From: an uncultured Pseudomonadota bacterium
GTDB taxonomy: Bacteria > Pseudomonadota > Alphaproteobacteria > Rs-D84
Assembly (NCBI GenBank): GCA_937885575.1
Contig: CALABO010000014.1
Location: 84,726-148,725, forward strand
Direction of reading: 5' to 3'
Length of the DNA: 64,000 nucleotides
Below the pieces are notes generated by a model. The model was not told where the DNA came from. It saw only the letters and a list, made by a program, of their open reading frames with translations, and searched no databases. The translations under genes and the position numbers were made by a program. Shown here one piece after another: positions 26,715 through 35,337 of this stretch. Numbering within the stretch: the stretch's first letter is position 1; each line of letters starts with the position of its first letter.

Positions 26715-29531
26715 TTACTTTCCCCAAAATGGTGCGATTACATAGTCGGCGCGAAGTGGCACGGATATTTTCGTAACATTTTCCATAATGTTTTTGATTT
26801 TTTTGGCAAATTTTTCGGCAAGTTTTTCGTCGCATTCAAAGACCATTTCGTCGTGAACCTGCATAATAAGTTTTATTTTGTCGTTATTCGGAACAACAAT
26901 TTTGTTATAAACATCCACCATTGCGCGACGCATTAAATCGGCCTCGTACCCCTGAATGGGGGCGTTGATTGCGGCACGCATTGCGTATGCGCGCAGACGG
27001 GAATTTCGGACCTCTGGTAATTCTATTCTGCGGCCCCATGGGGTATAAACGCATGCGTTTTCGCGCGCGAATTCCTTGGTATCGTCAATATATTTTTTTA
27101 TTTCCGGTAATCCCGCCATGTATGAATTTATTATTTCCGCCGCGCGCGCCCGCGAAACATTTAATTGGGCCGCAAGGCCGATTGATGAAATTCCGTATAT
27201 GATGGAAAAGTTCACGGTTTTGGCCGCACGGCGCAAATCGCGCGGCACAATCGTGGTTGGCGGAATATTAAAGATTTTTCGCGCGGTTTGTTCGTGAATG
27301 TCCGCGCCCGCGATAAATGTATCCTTGAATGTTTTAATGTCTGCAACATCCGCCAGCAGGCGAAGTTGAATTTGTGAATAATCGACCGCAATAAGTTTAT
27401 TCCCTGGCGCGGCGACAAAACACTTCCGGATTTCTTCGCCAAGTTCGGTTTTAACCGGAATGTTTTGCAGGTTCGGGTCGCGACTTGAAAGGCGGCCGGT
27501 ATTCGTACTCGTTTGCATATAGGTTGTGTGAATGCGCCCGTCGTCACCGATTTGGCGGGGCAGGGCGTCCGCATATGTTCCCGCAAGTTTCGCAATTGAA
27601 CGCCAATTCAAAATCTTTTCTATAATTTCATGGTGTTCGATTAAATCGTTTAGTGAATCCGCATCGGTGGAACGCCGTTTGTTTTCGGGCAAATGCAATT
27701 CATCAAACAGAACGGTTGCAAGTTGCTTTGGACTTGCGATATTAAATTCGTGTCCGGCAAGGTCGAAGATTTCGTTGCTGATTTTCGTAAGTTGTTCATG
27801 AAACACACCCGAAAGTTGTAATAATTTATTTTTGTTCACCAACACGCCGGCGCGTTCCATCATTGTCAAAACCATTAGCAACGGTCGGTCACATTTTTCA
27901 TACAATTTATGAAGTTTTTCGTTCGCATCGATTTGCGGCCGCATAAGTTTATATAGTGCCATTGTGACGGCGGCATCTTCGGCGGCGTACGGATACGCGG
28001 TATCGATTGGCAATTCATCAAAGTGCATATCCGCGTCGCGTGTCTTGGGCGGAAACAGTGACGCAAAAGTTATATTTTGATGATTCAGGTATTTTAACGC
28101 CAATTCGTCCATGCCGTGCGAATGCAATGTTCCGTGCAGCGCATACGATAACAACATTGTATCATCAATCGGTGAAATTTTTTCAATGTCCCACCCTTCG
28201 TTCGCCATGATGTGCAGGTCGAATTTTAGGTTGTGGCCAACCTTGGTAATTTTTTTATCCGTCAAAATTGGCCAGATTTTTTTATACAAATCTTTGATTG
28301 AAATCTGTCCCGGGGCAATAGGGTCACCACCAAATAAATCGCCCGCCGCCGCGCGATGACGCAATGGAATATAAACGCCGTGTGATGGGTCAATGGCAAG
28401 TGACATACCGACCATTTTTGCGGTCATTTGGTCCAGGCCGGTTGTTTCGGTATCAAGTGCGATAACATCACGGACACCCGACAAAAATTTTTCCAATTCC
28501 GCAACGGTCGTTATTTTTGCAAAGGTCATTGCGGGTTCGGTTCCCCTCTGGCTAGAGGGGTGCCCGCAGGGCGGGGTGTCGCAGAAAAACGATGAAGTAT
28601 TTTTGTTGTTGGGTGCGGGCGCATCGACGGGGCAGGCGGAATTTGGAAATTCGAACTTTGTTGGTGTGGTAGCGCGCTCCGGAAACAATTTTGAAATTTT
28701 TTCATACAGTGAATTGCTTTCGATTTCTTTTTGAACAAATTCCAATGCGGCGGCGCGGTTGAAGTGCAATGGCCCAAGTTTTAATCCCGACAAATCGACA
28801 TCGCGTTTAAGTGTGACGAGTTTTCTTGATATGTATGCCGCATCGCGTGATTCGGTAAGGATTTTTCGTGTGCGTTCATTTTTTATGTCGCCTAAATGCG
28901 CGTAAAGTTCGTCAAGCGTTCCGAATTCGTTGATAAGTTCCGCCGCTTTTTTCGGGCCAATTCCGTGAACACCCGGAACATTGTCAGACGAATCGCCCAT
29001 CAGTGATTGAACATCGACGACACGTTCGGGTGGCACACCAAATTTTTCAATGACTTCGGCGCGTTCTATGCGCTTTTGTTTCATACCGTCGTAAAGGAAA
29101 ATACAATCAGACACCAGTTGCATTAAATCTTTGTCGCCGGTCATAATGCGCGTTTTGTCGGCGACAGCACAATTTTTTGTTGCAAGTGTCGCGATAACAT
29201 CGTCGGCCTCTACGCCGGGGACGCAAAGAACCGGCACGCCCATATCGGCAAGGCCGCGACGAATCAATGCGCCCTGGGAAATTAAATCGGCGGGCGTCTC
29301 AAGGCGGTTAGCCTTGTATTCCGGGTATATTTCTTGACGGAAAGTTTGGCGCGACGCGTCAAACACGCATACAAAAATGTCGTCAGGTTTGGCGGCGGCA
29401 AACACCGGCAACATCATATTGAAAAAGGCAAATGCCGCGCCGGTTGGTGTGCCGTCGTTTCGCGTAAGGCGGCTGTGCACACCATAATATGCGCGAAATA
29501 AAATCGAATTTCCGTCAATCAGTGTCAGCAT
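26715..29531 (-). CDS. polA: DNA polymerase I
   Basis: 5'-nuclease domain (LIDGNSILFRAYY, GVPGIGPKKA), 3'-5' exonuclease domain (ALDTETTGLD) and polymerase motifs (RRAAKTVNFSIIYG, QVHDEMVFE). Start MLTLIDG at 29531 behind GGGGGAAAT. Confidence 0.97.
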   Translation of the reverse strand: MLTLIDGNSILFRAYYGVHSRLTRNDGTPTGAAFAFFNMMLPVFAAAKPDDIFVCVFDASRQTFRQEIYPEYKANRLETPADLISQGALIRRGLADMGVPVLCVPGVEADDVIATLATKNCAVADKTRIMTGDKDLMQLVSDCIFLYDGMKQKRIERAEVIEKFGVPPERVVDVQSLMGDSSDNVPGVHGIGPKKAAELINEFGTLDELYAHLGDIKNERTRKILTESRDAAYISRKLVTLKRDVDLSGLKLGPLHFNRAAALEFVQKEIESNSLYEKISKLFPERATTPTKFEFPNSACPVDAPAPNNKNTSSFFCDTPPCGHPSSQRGTEPAMTFAKITTVAELEKFLSGVRDVIALDTETTGLDQMTAKMVGMSLAIDPSHGVYIPLRHRAAAGDLFGGDPIAPGQISIKDLYKKIWPILTDKKITKVGHNLKFDLHIMANEGWDIEKISPIDDTMLLSYALHGTLHSHGMDELALKYLNHQNITFASLFPPKTRDADMHFDELPIDTAYPYAAEDAAVTMALYKLMRPQIDANEKLHKLYEKCDRPLLMVLTMMERAGVLVNKNKLLQLSGVFHEQLTKISNEIFDLAGHEFNIASPKQLATVLFDELHLPENKRRSTDADSLNDLIEHHEIIEKILNWRSIAKLAGTYADALPRQIGDDGRIHTTYMQTSTNTGRLSSRDPNLQNIPVKTELGEEIRKCFVAAPGNKLIAVDYSQIQLRLLADVADIKTFKDTFIAGADIHEQTARKIFNIPPTTIVPRDLRRAAKTVNFSIIYGISSIGLAAQLNVSRARAAEIINSYMAGLPEIKKYIDDTKEFARENACVYTPWGRRIELPEVRNSRLRAYAMRAAINAPIQGYEADLMRRAMVDVYNKIVVPNNDKIKLIMQVHDEMVFECDEKLAEKFAKKIKNIMENVTKISVPLRADYVIAPFWGK
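28535..28575. repeat. GC-rich palindromic repeat copy embedded in-frame in the polA inter-domain linker
   Basis: GTTCGGTtCCCCTCTGGCTAGAGGGG plus CCCGCAGGGCGGG. The first part closely matches the intergenic copy GTTCGGTcggaCCCCTCTGGCCAGAGGGG at 52144-52172. Confidence 0.65.
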
Positions 29532-29579
29532 ATTTCCCCCGTTATTATAAATGCGGGGCACGCGGCCCCGCTTTGATTA

Positions 29580-30122
29580 TTAGAATAGATAGCGAAGTTT
29601 GATCTTTGCTTCGTAATGAAATATATCGGGTCTTTCGCCACCGAATCGTAGGACATCTGGGATATAAATTGCGTGCGCTTCGACATCAAACTTGAACGGC
29701 AATTTTGGAACGTCAATCGTCACCCCAAGCATACCTTGGTACGCAGGTTTTGTGTCGAATTTTTTGTTATATCTTTCGGTTTCTTCGCCGGCAAACATTA
29801 ATCCAACCCCCAGCCCAAGGTAAGGGCGTATTACGGTTGATGGCATTTTGAAATAAGCGTTCACGAAACCGATGCTTGCATGTGAATCCGATGTGCCGAT
29901 GTATGTATATTCAACTTCACCGCGGAACACCGGAACATCAAGGCCGAACATTGCGCCAAAGGACTGTGCGGTGTTTGTTTCATTTCTGCCATCGCCAAAC
30001 AGAGTTTGCGCGCCAACACCAACCGAAACACCGGCATAAAGATCAAATGCAGAATCCGCGACCGCGGGCATTGTTGTGGCGGCGATTACGGAACATAAAA
30101 TAATTGATGTTTTTAACTTCAT
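29580..30122 (-). CDS. small outer-membrane beta-barrel protein (OmpA-barrel/OmpW-like, 180 aa)
   Basis: Signal peptide MKLKTSIILCSVIAATTMPAVA, alternating beta-strand pattern, C-terminal KIKLRYLF. Confidence 0.75.
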   Translation of the reverse strand: MKLKTSIILCSVIAATTMPAVADSAFDLYAGVSVGVGAQTLFGDGRNETNTAQSFGAMFGLDVPVFRGEVEYTYIGTSDSHASIGFVNAYFKMPSTVIRPYLGLGVGLMFAGEETERYNKKFDTKPAYQGMLGVTIDVPKLPFKFDVEAHAIYIPDVLRFGGERPDIFHYEAKIKLRYLF

Positions 30123-30171
30123 CTTTCGCTCCTTTTTGTGATAATATAATAATAGAAAAAGAGTTTGTTAT

Positions 30172-30693
30172 ATGCAAGGAAATAAACCTGTTTTTTTAGT
30201 GGTCGGTCTTGGGAATCCCGGCCCAGAATATGTTGGCACTCGGCACAACGTTGGATTTATGGCGGTGCAATATTTTGCGGGGGCGGATGCGACTTGGAAA
30301 AATGAACTGTTTGCCAAGACAAACAAAGTCGATATTGACGGCGTGCGCATAATCTTTGCAATGCCACAAACATTTATGAACGACAGCGGGCGTGCCGTGC
30401 GGGCGATTGTTGATTACTATAAAATCCCAATTGAAAATGTGACGGTGATTCATGACGATATGGATTTGAAATTGGGCGACACGCGAACCAAGGTTGGCGG
30501 ATCCAGTGCGGGGCATAATGGCATAAAGTCAATCGATTCGGCGATTGGTCGCGAATATAGGCGCATAAGAATTGGAATTGGGCATCCACGTGATTTGGGC
30601 TTGCCGATTGATGCGGCGGATTGGGTTTTGGGTAAATTCACGCCCGCGCAACTATCCGAAATTCAAAGTGTGATTGAAAAAATTGAATTATAA
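30172..30693 (+). CDS. pth: peptidyl-tRNA hydrolase
   Basis: LVVGLGNPGPEYVGTRHNVGF, MNDSGRAV and GHNGIKSI. Confidence 0.95.
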   Translation: MQGNKPVFLVVGLGNPGPEYVGTRHNVGFMAVQYFAGADATWKNELFAKTNKVDIDGVRIIFAMPQTFMNDSGRAVRAIVDYYKIPIENVTVIHDDMDLKLGDTRTKVGGSSAGHNGIKSIDSAIGREYRRIRIGIGHPRDLGLPIDAADWVLGKFTPAQLSEIQSVIEKIEL

Positions 30694-31683
30694 ATCGGTC
30701 CAACTTTCCGGGTCGCTAAGATTTACACAACCCGCACTATCGCATAGTTGTGTTTCGGAACCATAGTGGCAATAATCTGAACCTATGGTTCCGGTGCTCG
30801 TTGTCGTTTTACCGGCACCGCAAGCACTTGGTGGGCATATGTCTTGAGTATAGTTGTTGACAGGCGGTTCCAGAGATTGCGTGCAGGCGTGTTCAAGATA
30901 TTTCCCTTTTGGAATCAAGGTGCATTTGCAAACAGCATGATTTTCACAATCGTCATCATCAGTATTGTCTTCCATATCTGTCAAGTGATTTACATAATAT
31001 CCGGTGTTACATTGTGTACAATAATATAAACCATAAGTCCCTGTGTAAGAGATTTCTTGTACATAATCAAGCCAACGAGGACCGCCGTATTTTACATTTT
31101 TTATAATTCCACTGCAAAATTTATCTGTTGAATCCGCAAAGGACAATTCGTCACATCTACAATTGTCAATGTCCCATTCTTCTTCACTTGAGAACCAGCT
31201 GGCGCTTCCAGAAATTTTGTCATTTGGACAATTACTAGAACCGAAAATCTTACAATCAAGATATTCTGCATAACATTGTGCATTGTTGGTGTCTATGTGA
31301 TAGTTTGTGCTATTATATTCACCGTCATTATTCCAACATTTTATAGCACTATTTGGGTAAAAGGAACCGCAATTATGATTTAATGTTCCATCTGGTTCTA
31401 TGCACTCGCCGCTATTTATAGATTTGTAGCATTCGTTGATAGATTTTGCGCCTTCTGCAGATTTTGGGAATTCGCCGTTTGTTTTGATATTACAGCAAAA
31501 AGCGAAATGACCACCAGGGCAATAATATCCTTCTGGACATTCCAGGCATTCTTCTTGTTCCATGTCAGGATACGTTCTTGGAGGACAATTATAAACATTG
31601 CTCCCAAGATTTTGGGTGCACACTGAACTGTAAACACTATTTGTAAGAAGTGTACATAGTAAAAACATTAATAACATTCTCAT
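30688..31683 (-). CDS. cysteine-rich secreted protein with eukaryote-like CxxCPxGYYC repeats (about 331 aa), AT-rich
   Basis: Signal peptide MRMLLMFLLCTLLTNSVYS. Motifs ECLECPEGYYCPGG and YYCTQCNTGYYV resemble GCC2/GCC3 or furin-like Cys-rich repeats. Start at the internal ATG 31683. Confidence 0.7.
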   Translation of the reverse strand: MRMLLMFLLCTLLTNSVYSSVCTQNLGSNVYNCPPRTYPDMEQEECLECPEGYYCPGGHFAFCCNIKTNGEFPKSAEGAKSINECYKSINSGECIEPDGTLNHNCGSFYPNSAIKCWNNDGEYNSTNYHIDTNNAQCYAEYLDCKIFGSSNCPNDKISGSASWFSSEEEWDIDNCRCDELSFADSTDKFCSGIIKNVKYGGPRWLDYVQEISYTGTYGLYYCTQCNTGYYVNHLTDMEDNTDDDDCENHAVCKCTLIPKGKYLEHACTQSLEPPVNNYTQDICPPSACGAGKTTTSTGTIGSDYCHYGSETQLCDSAGCVNLSDPESWTDL

Positions 31684-31734
31684 ACCGGGTATGATAAGCA
31701 ATATATTTCATATTTCAATAAAAATTATTGTTAC

Positions 31735-32196
31735 CTAAAAAAAACGCCCGATATGCCAGCCATTTTTTGCAAACCACAAGCTGTCCGATTGCCACATACC
31801 ATGTTTTTTCGTTAGGGTATCTGAATGTATGTGTGCACCGTCACGACCGACTTTGATAATACCTTTGCCACGAACTTTGTCTGGATTTATATCTATGCGC
31901 GTTTGTAAACTATCGCGTGCTTTTTTAAAGTGTCTCGGTTCCCATGTACTACCCATCGTGTTTACTTGCATAATATGAATATAAACATATTTGATAGTTG
32001 GATCATTCGTATAAAATGCGATGGTGTCTTTTGGGGGAACTAGCCCGTCACCTGCGCCCCACATCCATGGAACCACCGCTTCACGCCATGGTTCCGGTTC
32101 GGGTTCCGGGGTTGGGTCTTTTTTGCATGCGGTGGCGATTGCCATCAATGCCGCAAGTGTTAAAATGTGGTTCATTTTTACTTTCTTCATATTCAA
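31735..32196 (-). CDS. probable lipoprotein of unknown function (153 aa), AT-rich
   Basis: LTLAALMAIATAC lipobox-like signal, followed by KKDPTPEPEPEP. No recognised domain. Confidence 0.6.
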   Translation of the reverse strand: MNMKKVKMNHILTLAALMAIATACKKDPTPEPEPEPWREAVVPWMWGAGDGLVPPKDTIAFYTNDPTIKYVYIHIMQVNTMGSTWEPRHFKKARDSLQTRIDINPDKVRGKGIIKVGRDGAHIHSDTLTKKHGMWQSDSLWFAKNGWHIGRFF

Positions 32197-32275
32197 CCCC
32201 TTTGGTTTTGTCTAATTTTAATAAAAATTTTCTGTATTGTCAAGGTGTTGTATCGGCCTTTTGCGGGAAATGGTA

Positions 32276-35086
32276 TTATTGACCGTAGTGTATAAACCAA
32301 TTTTGGTGGGTGGAATCAGAAATTGGGCTTTCGTGTTGGTTGTCATCGTAATATACCATTGAAACATTGTATTGTGAATTTCCCAGTATTGGGTTTGTAT
32401 AGGTATTTGTATTTGGTTCAATCATAACAAGTCGACCGTTACAGGTAATTTTTGTGCCGTTTGGATATTCCGTTGTTGGATTCGCGCCGGTAATCGATGC
32501 AGACGTGCTGTGCACACATACAATATATTTCGTGCCGTCTGTGGTTTTAAGTGCACCGACAACATTTGCGTTTCGTGGTATGCAAACATTTTTATTGTCT
32601 ATTGTTTCAATTTTGCCTTCACAACATGGATCATCGACGCCACCCATTGGCGTTGTGTTAAAAGCATTTTGACCACTAAAGCAACAATTTTTTAAATCAT
32701 CATTGATTTGTATTTGAACATGTGGGGCCGGACAATACATACCTTCGCCCGTGATATTGCCGGCGGCGGCGTCATCAGGCAGGCATATTTGTTGCCCCAT
32801 GTAATTTGTATATGTTGTATCGGCGGTGCAACGGGTGTTCACGCAACTGCGTGCGTCACCTTGGTACCCGCCACCGGCCATTTGCCTTGCGGTGCCGGTG
32901 TTTATCGCAAACCAAGATAGCAAGGTGCTTTGGCCATTTTGTGGCATATATATGCGATTGTGTTGTTCGTCGCCGGTGCCGATAACCACAGATGGATATT
33001 CTTCGCAATTGCCCCAGATGCGTTCCGCAATTCGGCATGTGGCGCATTCGGTATCATAATCAGATGAAGATAAACATTTTTCGGACGTGGTGCAGATATC
33101 TTCGATTGGGGAAATGTTCGCGTTGCCGTATAATTCACGATAAAACGCGTATTTGCGATTGCCGGTTGCGGTTTTGCCGAACCTTTCCATTATCGCCATA
33201 ATTGCATCATCGCCCGCCGACGCAACACAGTTCAATACTTCGCCCCAGCATGCCGTGCGTTCAAGTATTGCGTGGCGGTTCGGTGAAAAATCTATGTCAT
33301 CGCACAGGTCAAAGTTGCCGGAAATCGACTTGCATGATTGGATGATACAATTTTGGCCAACCTGGGTGCAACTTGATATAATCGCGTCATATGTTTTATC
33401 GGTGGCGATTTCATAAACGCCCGTTTCCCATGTTTCACCGCCCGTCGCGTTCAGCAAGGTTGCACAGGAATTTTTGACCTCTGCACACATAACATTTGCG
33501 GTTTTGTCCGCCATGATGCCGAACACGGAAAGTGCCCGCGCATCAAAATTCTCAATCGAATCCGTCGCAGAATCCAAACATTCGGCGGTTAGTTTTGTGC
33601 ATGCCTGGCGTATTTCTTCGAGTTTAGCGGTTTGCGCAAGTTTGATTTGTGCCAATGCATCTTCGACAAAGGCGTTCCAAACGGTGTCGGCGATATTTTC
33701 GCAATGTTCGGTTGCGGTGTTAAGGTATTTTTTGCGGTCGTTTAAAAATGTGATGAATTTTCCGGAACTGTTTGCCGATGTCCATGTTTGGTTTACCCCC
33801 GGACGCGTAATCATGTTATCCAAATCCGCCAAGTTCACACTAAGGAACGCGGCCCCCGTTGTCGGGTCGATATAGCGGCCGGTCATATCAAGGCACTTTT
33901 CCATTTTGGCACCGCAAACCGTTGTGTCGGTAAGCATTTCCAACATCTTGCGCTTGCAGGTCAACAGGTCATCGGAATTTCGTGTTTGGTATGCATCAAG
34001 TCGCGACATGTCAAGCAGTGCGCCACTTTCAAATACCTTGGCACGGGCCTGATCTACCTGGGATTGGTATGCCTTTTTTACCGTGTTGCAATCCTGTTCG
34101 ATTTGCATTTGGTATCCGCTTTGTGCAAGTGATATTTCTTCATCTGTGCAAACCTCACGCGCGATGTCGTGACAGATGGGCAGGGCGGAATTGTAAAGCG
34201 CAACGCCGGACTTGGTCGTTGTGTCGATGCCCATAAACGAATCGACCGTGTCGAACGCCGCATCAACATTTAATGTCAATGATATCGCGCCCAGACCCCC
34301 GCCGATGTTTGAATCCGTATCGCCGAACTTTGCATTTAACTTTTTGGCGATGTCGTCCAGCGCGCGTTTTGATGTTGTTGTGTCGCGCGTGGAATAAAAT
34401 GCGTCTTCGCCTTCGGTTGCGGTGTTTATGGCGTTCACATCTTCGGCGTCCATGTTCACAAGCAACAGGCGCTGATTAAAATCGAGCATTTTATTTTCAA
34501 CGTCCGTCATTTGTTTTTTTACTTCGTTGAATTCGTTCGAACGTGATGAGCACGCACATCGGCGCAGGTTTGCATCCTTGTTAGCGCAGAATTCGTCCAT
34601 GCATTCATAAAATATTTCGCGGCATTTTGTATAGTTTGTGACGATTGCGCCCGCGGTGTTTGTAGTGGCGCGTGCGGTTGTGGCCGTTCGCGCGTTTGTG
34701 CGCGGTGTGCGTGCGGTGCGTGACGCGGTTGCACCGCGCGCGGTTGTTGCGCGGCGCGCGGTTGTCGTGGTTGGTCGGTTTTGAACGGTTGGACGTGTTG
34801 TCGGCGTTGAACGCGCAGACACCGTTCGTGGTGCAGTGGTTGGGGTTTGAACTGCACCACGCGATTCGGTTGTGGGTGTGCGTTGTGTGGTTGTGGTATT
34901 ACGTGCGGTTGCATTTTGTGTCGGGCTTGCCGCCGGTGGTGTGGCACGTGTTGTGGATGTCAAGGGGCCGGATGAAGTCGCGCGACGTGTGGCGGCACGT
35001 GCGGTGTCGTCACCGTCAATGGCCACCGCATGCCCAAAGGCAAGCATGCCAAGGCATACATAAAAAAGTAATCTAAATCCTTTCAT
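32276..35086 (-). CDS. large cysteine-rich secreted protein, paralog family subtype B, copy 2 (about 936 aa)
   Basis: Start at the internal ATG 35086 (signal peptide MKGFRLLFYVCLGMLAFGHAVA); the track start at 35197 overlaps tRNA-Leu. A Thr/Arg/Ala-rich spacer of about 124 aa follows. Signature KCREIFYECMDEFCANKDANLRRCACSS and EHCENIADTVWNAFVEDA. Confidence 0.85.
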   Translation of the reverse strand: MKGFRLLFYVCLGMLAFGHAVAIDGDDTARAATRRATSSGPLTSTTRATPPAASPTQNATARNTTTTQRTPTTESRGAVQTPTTAPRTVSARSTPTTRPTVQNRPTTTTARRATTARGATASRTARTPRTNARTATTARATTNTAGAIVTNYTKCREIFYECMDEFCANKDANLRRCACSSRSNEFNEVKKQMTDVENKMLDFNQRLLLVNMDAEDVNAINTATEGEDAFYSTRDTTTSKRALDDIAKKLNAKFGDTDSNIGGGLGAISLTLNVDAAFDTVDSFMGIDTTTKSGVALYNSALPICHDIAREVCTDEEISLAQSGYQMQIEQDCNTVKKAYQSQVDQARAKVFESGALLDMSRLDAYQTRNSDDLLTCKRKMLEMLTDTTVCGAKMEKCLDMTGRYIDPTTGAAFLSVNLADLDNMITRPGVNQTWTSANSSGKFITFLNDRKKYLNTATEHCENIADTVWNAFVEDALAQIKLAQTAKLEEIRQACTKLTAECLDSATDSIENFDARALSVFGIMADKTANVMCAEVKNSCATLLNATGGETWETGVYEIATDKTYDAIISSCTQVGQNCIIQSCKSISGNFDLCDDIDFSPNRHAILERTACWGEVLNCVASAGDDAIMAIMERFGKTATGNRKYAFYRELYGNANISPIEDICTTSEKCLSSSDYDTECATCRIAERIWGNCEEYPSVVIGTGDEQHNRIYMPQNGQSTLLSWFAINTGTARQMAGGGYQGDARSCVNTRCTADTTYTNYMGQQICLPDDAAAGNITGEGMYCPAPHVQIQINDDLKNCCFSGQNAFNTTPMGGVDDPCCEGKIETIDNKNVCIPRNANVVGALKTTDGTKYIVCVHSTSASITGANPTTEYPNGTKITCNGRLVMIEPNTNTYTNPILGNSQYNVSMVYYDDNQHESPISDSTHQNWFIHYGQ

Positions 35087-35155
35087 CCCTTGGGCAGATT
35101 TTAGCAAAATTATGATTTTTCGGGCAAGTGGAAAATGCGCAATAAAAATAAATTC

Positions 35156-35240
35156 TGGTGCGGATAGGGGGACTTGAACCCCCACGGATTTCTCCACAGC
35201 ATCCTTAGTGCTGAGCGTCTACCAATTCCGCCATATCCGC
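35156..35240 (-). tRNA. tRNA-Leu (class II, long variable arm); hand-folded anticodon AAG
   Basis: Reverse complement: GCGGATA TG GCGG AATTGGTAGA CGC T CAGCA CTAAGGA TGCTG TGGAGAAATCCGT GGGGG TTCAAGT CCCCC TATCCGC A CCA. Colinear with E. coli tRNA-Leu. Anticodon loop C-T-AAG-G-A. Confidence 0.85.
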
Positions 35241-35337
35241 ACGGTGTGATATTAAAACGGTTGCTATTTTACATAATAATGTTTTTTTTTCAATCTTTTT
35301 GTGATAAAATATATTTGATAAAGGAATAGGAGTTTTT

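Noticed and set aside
32276-35197. The track start at 35197 for the fourth Cys-rich protein.
   Set aside because: The extension overlaps tRNA-Leu (35156-35240) and lacks a signal peptide. The internal ATG at 35086 yields a canonical signal peptide.
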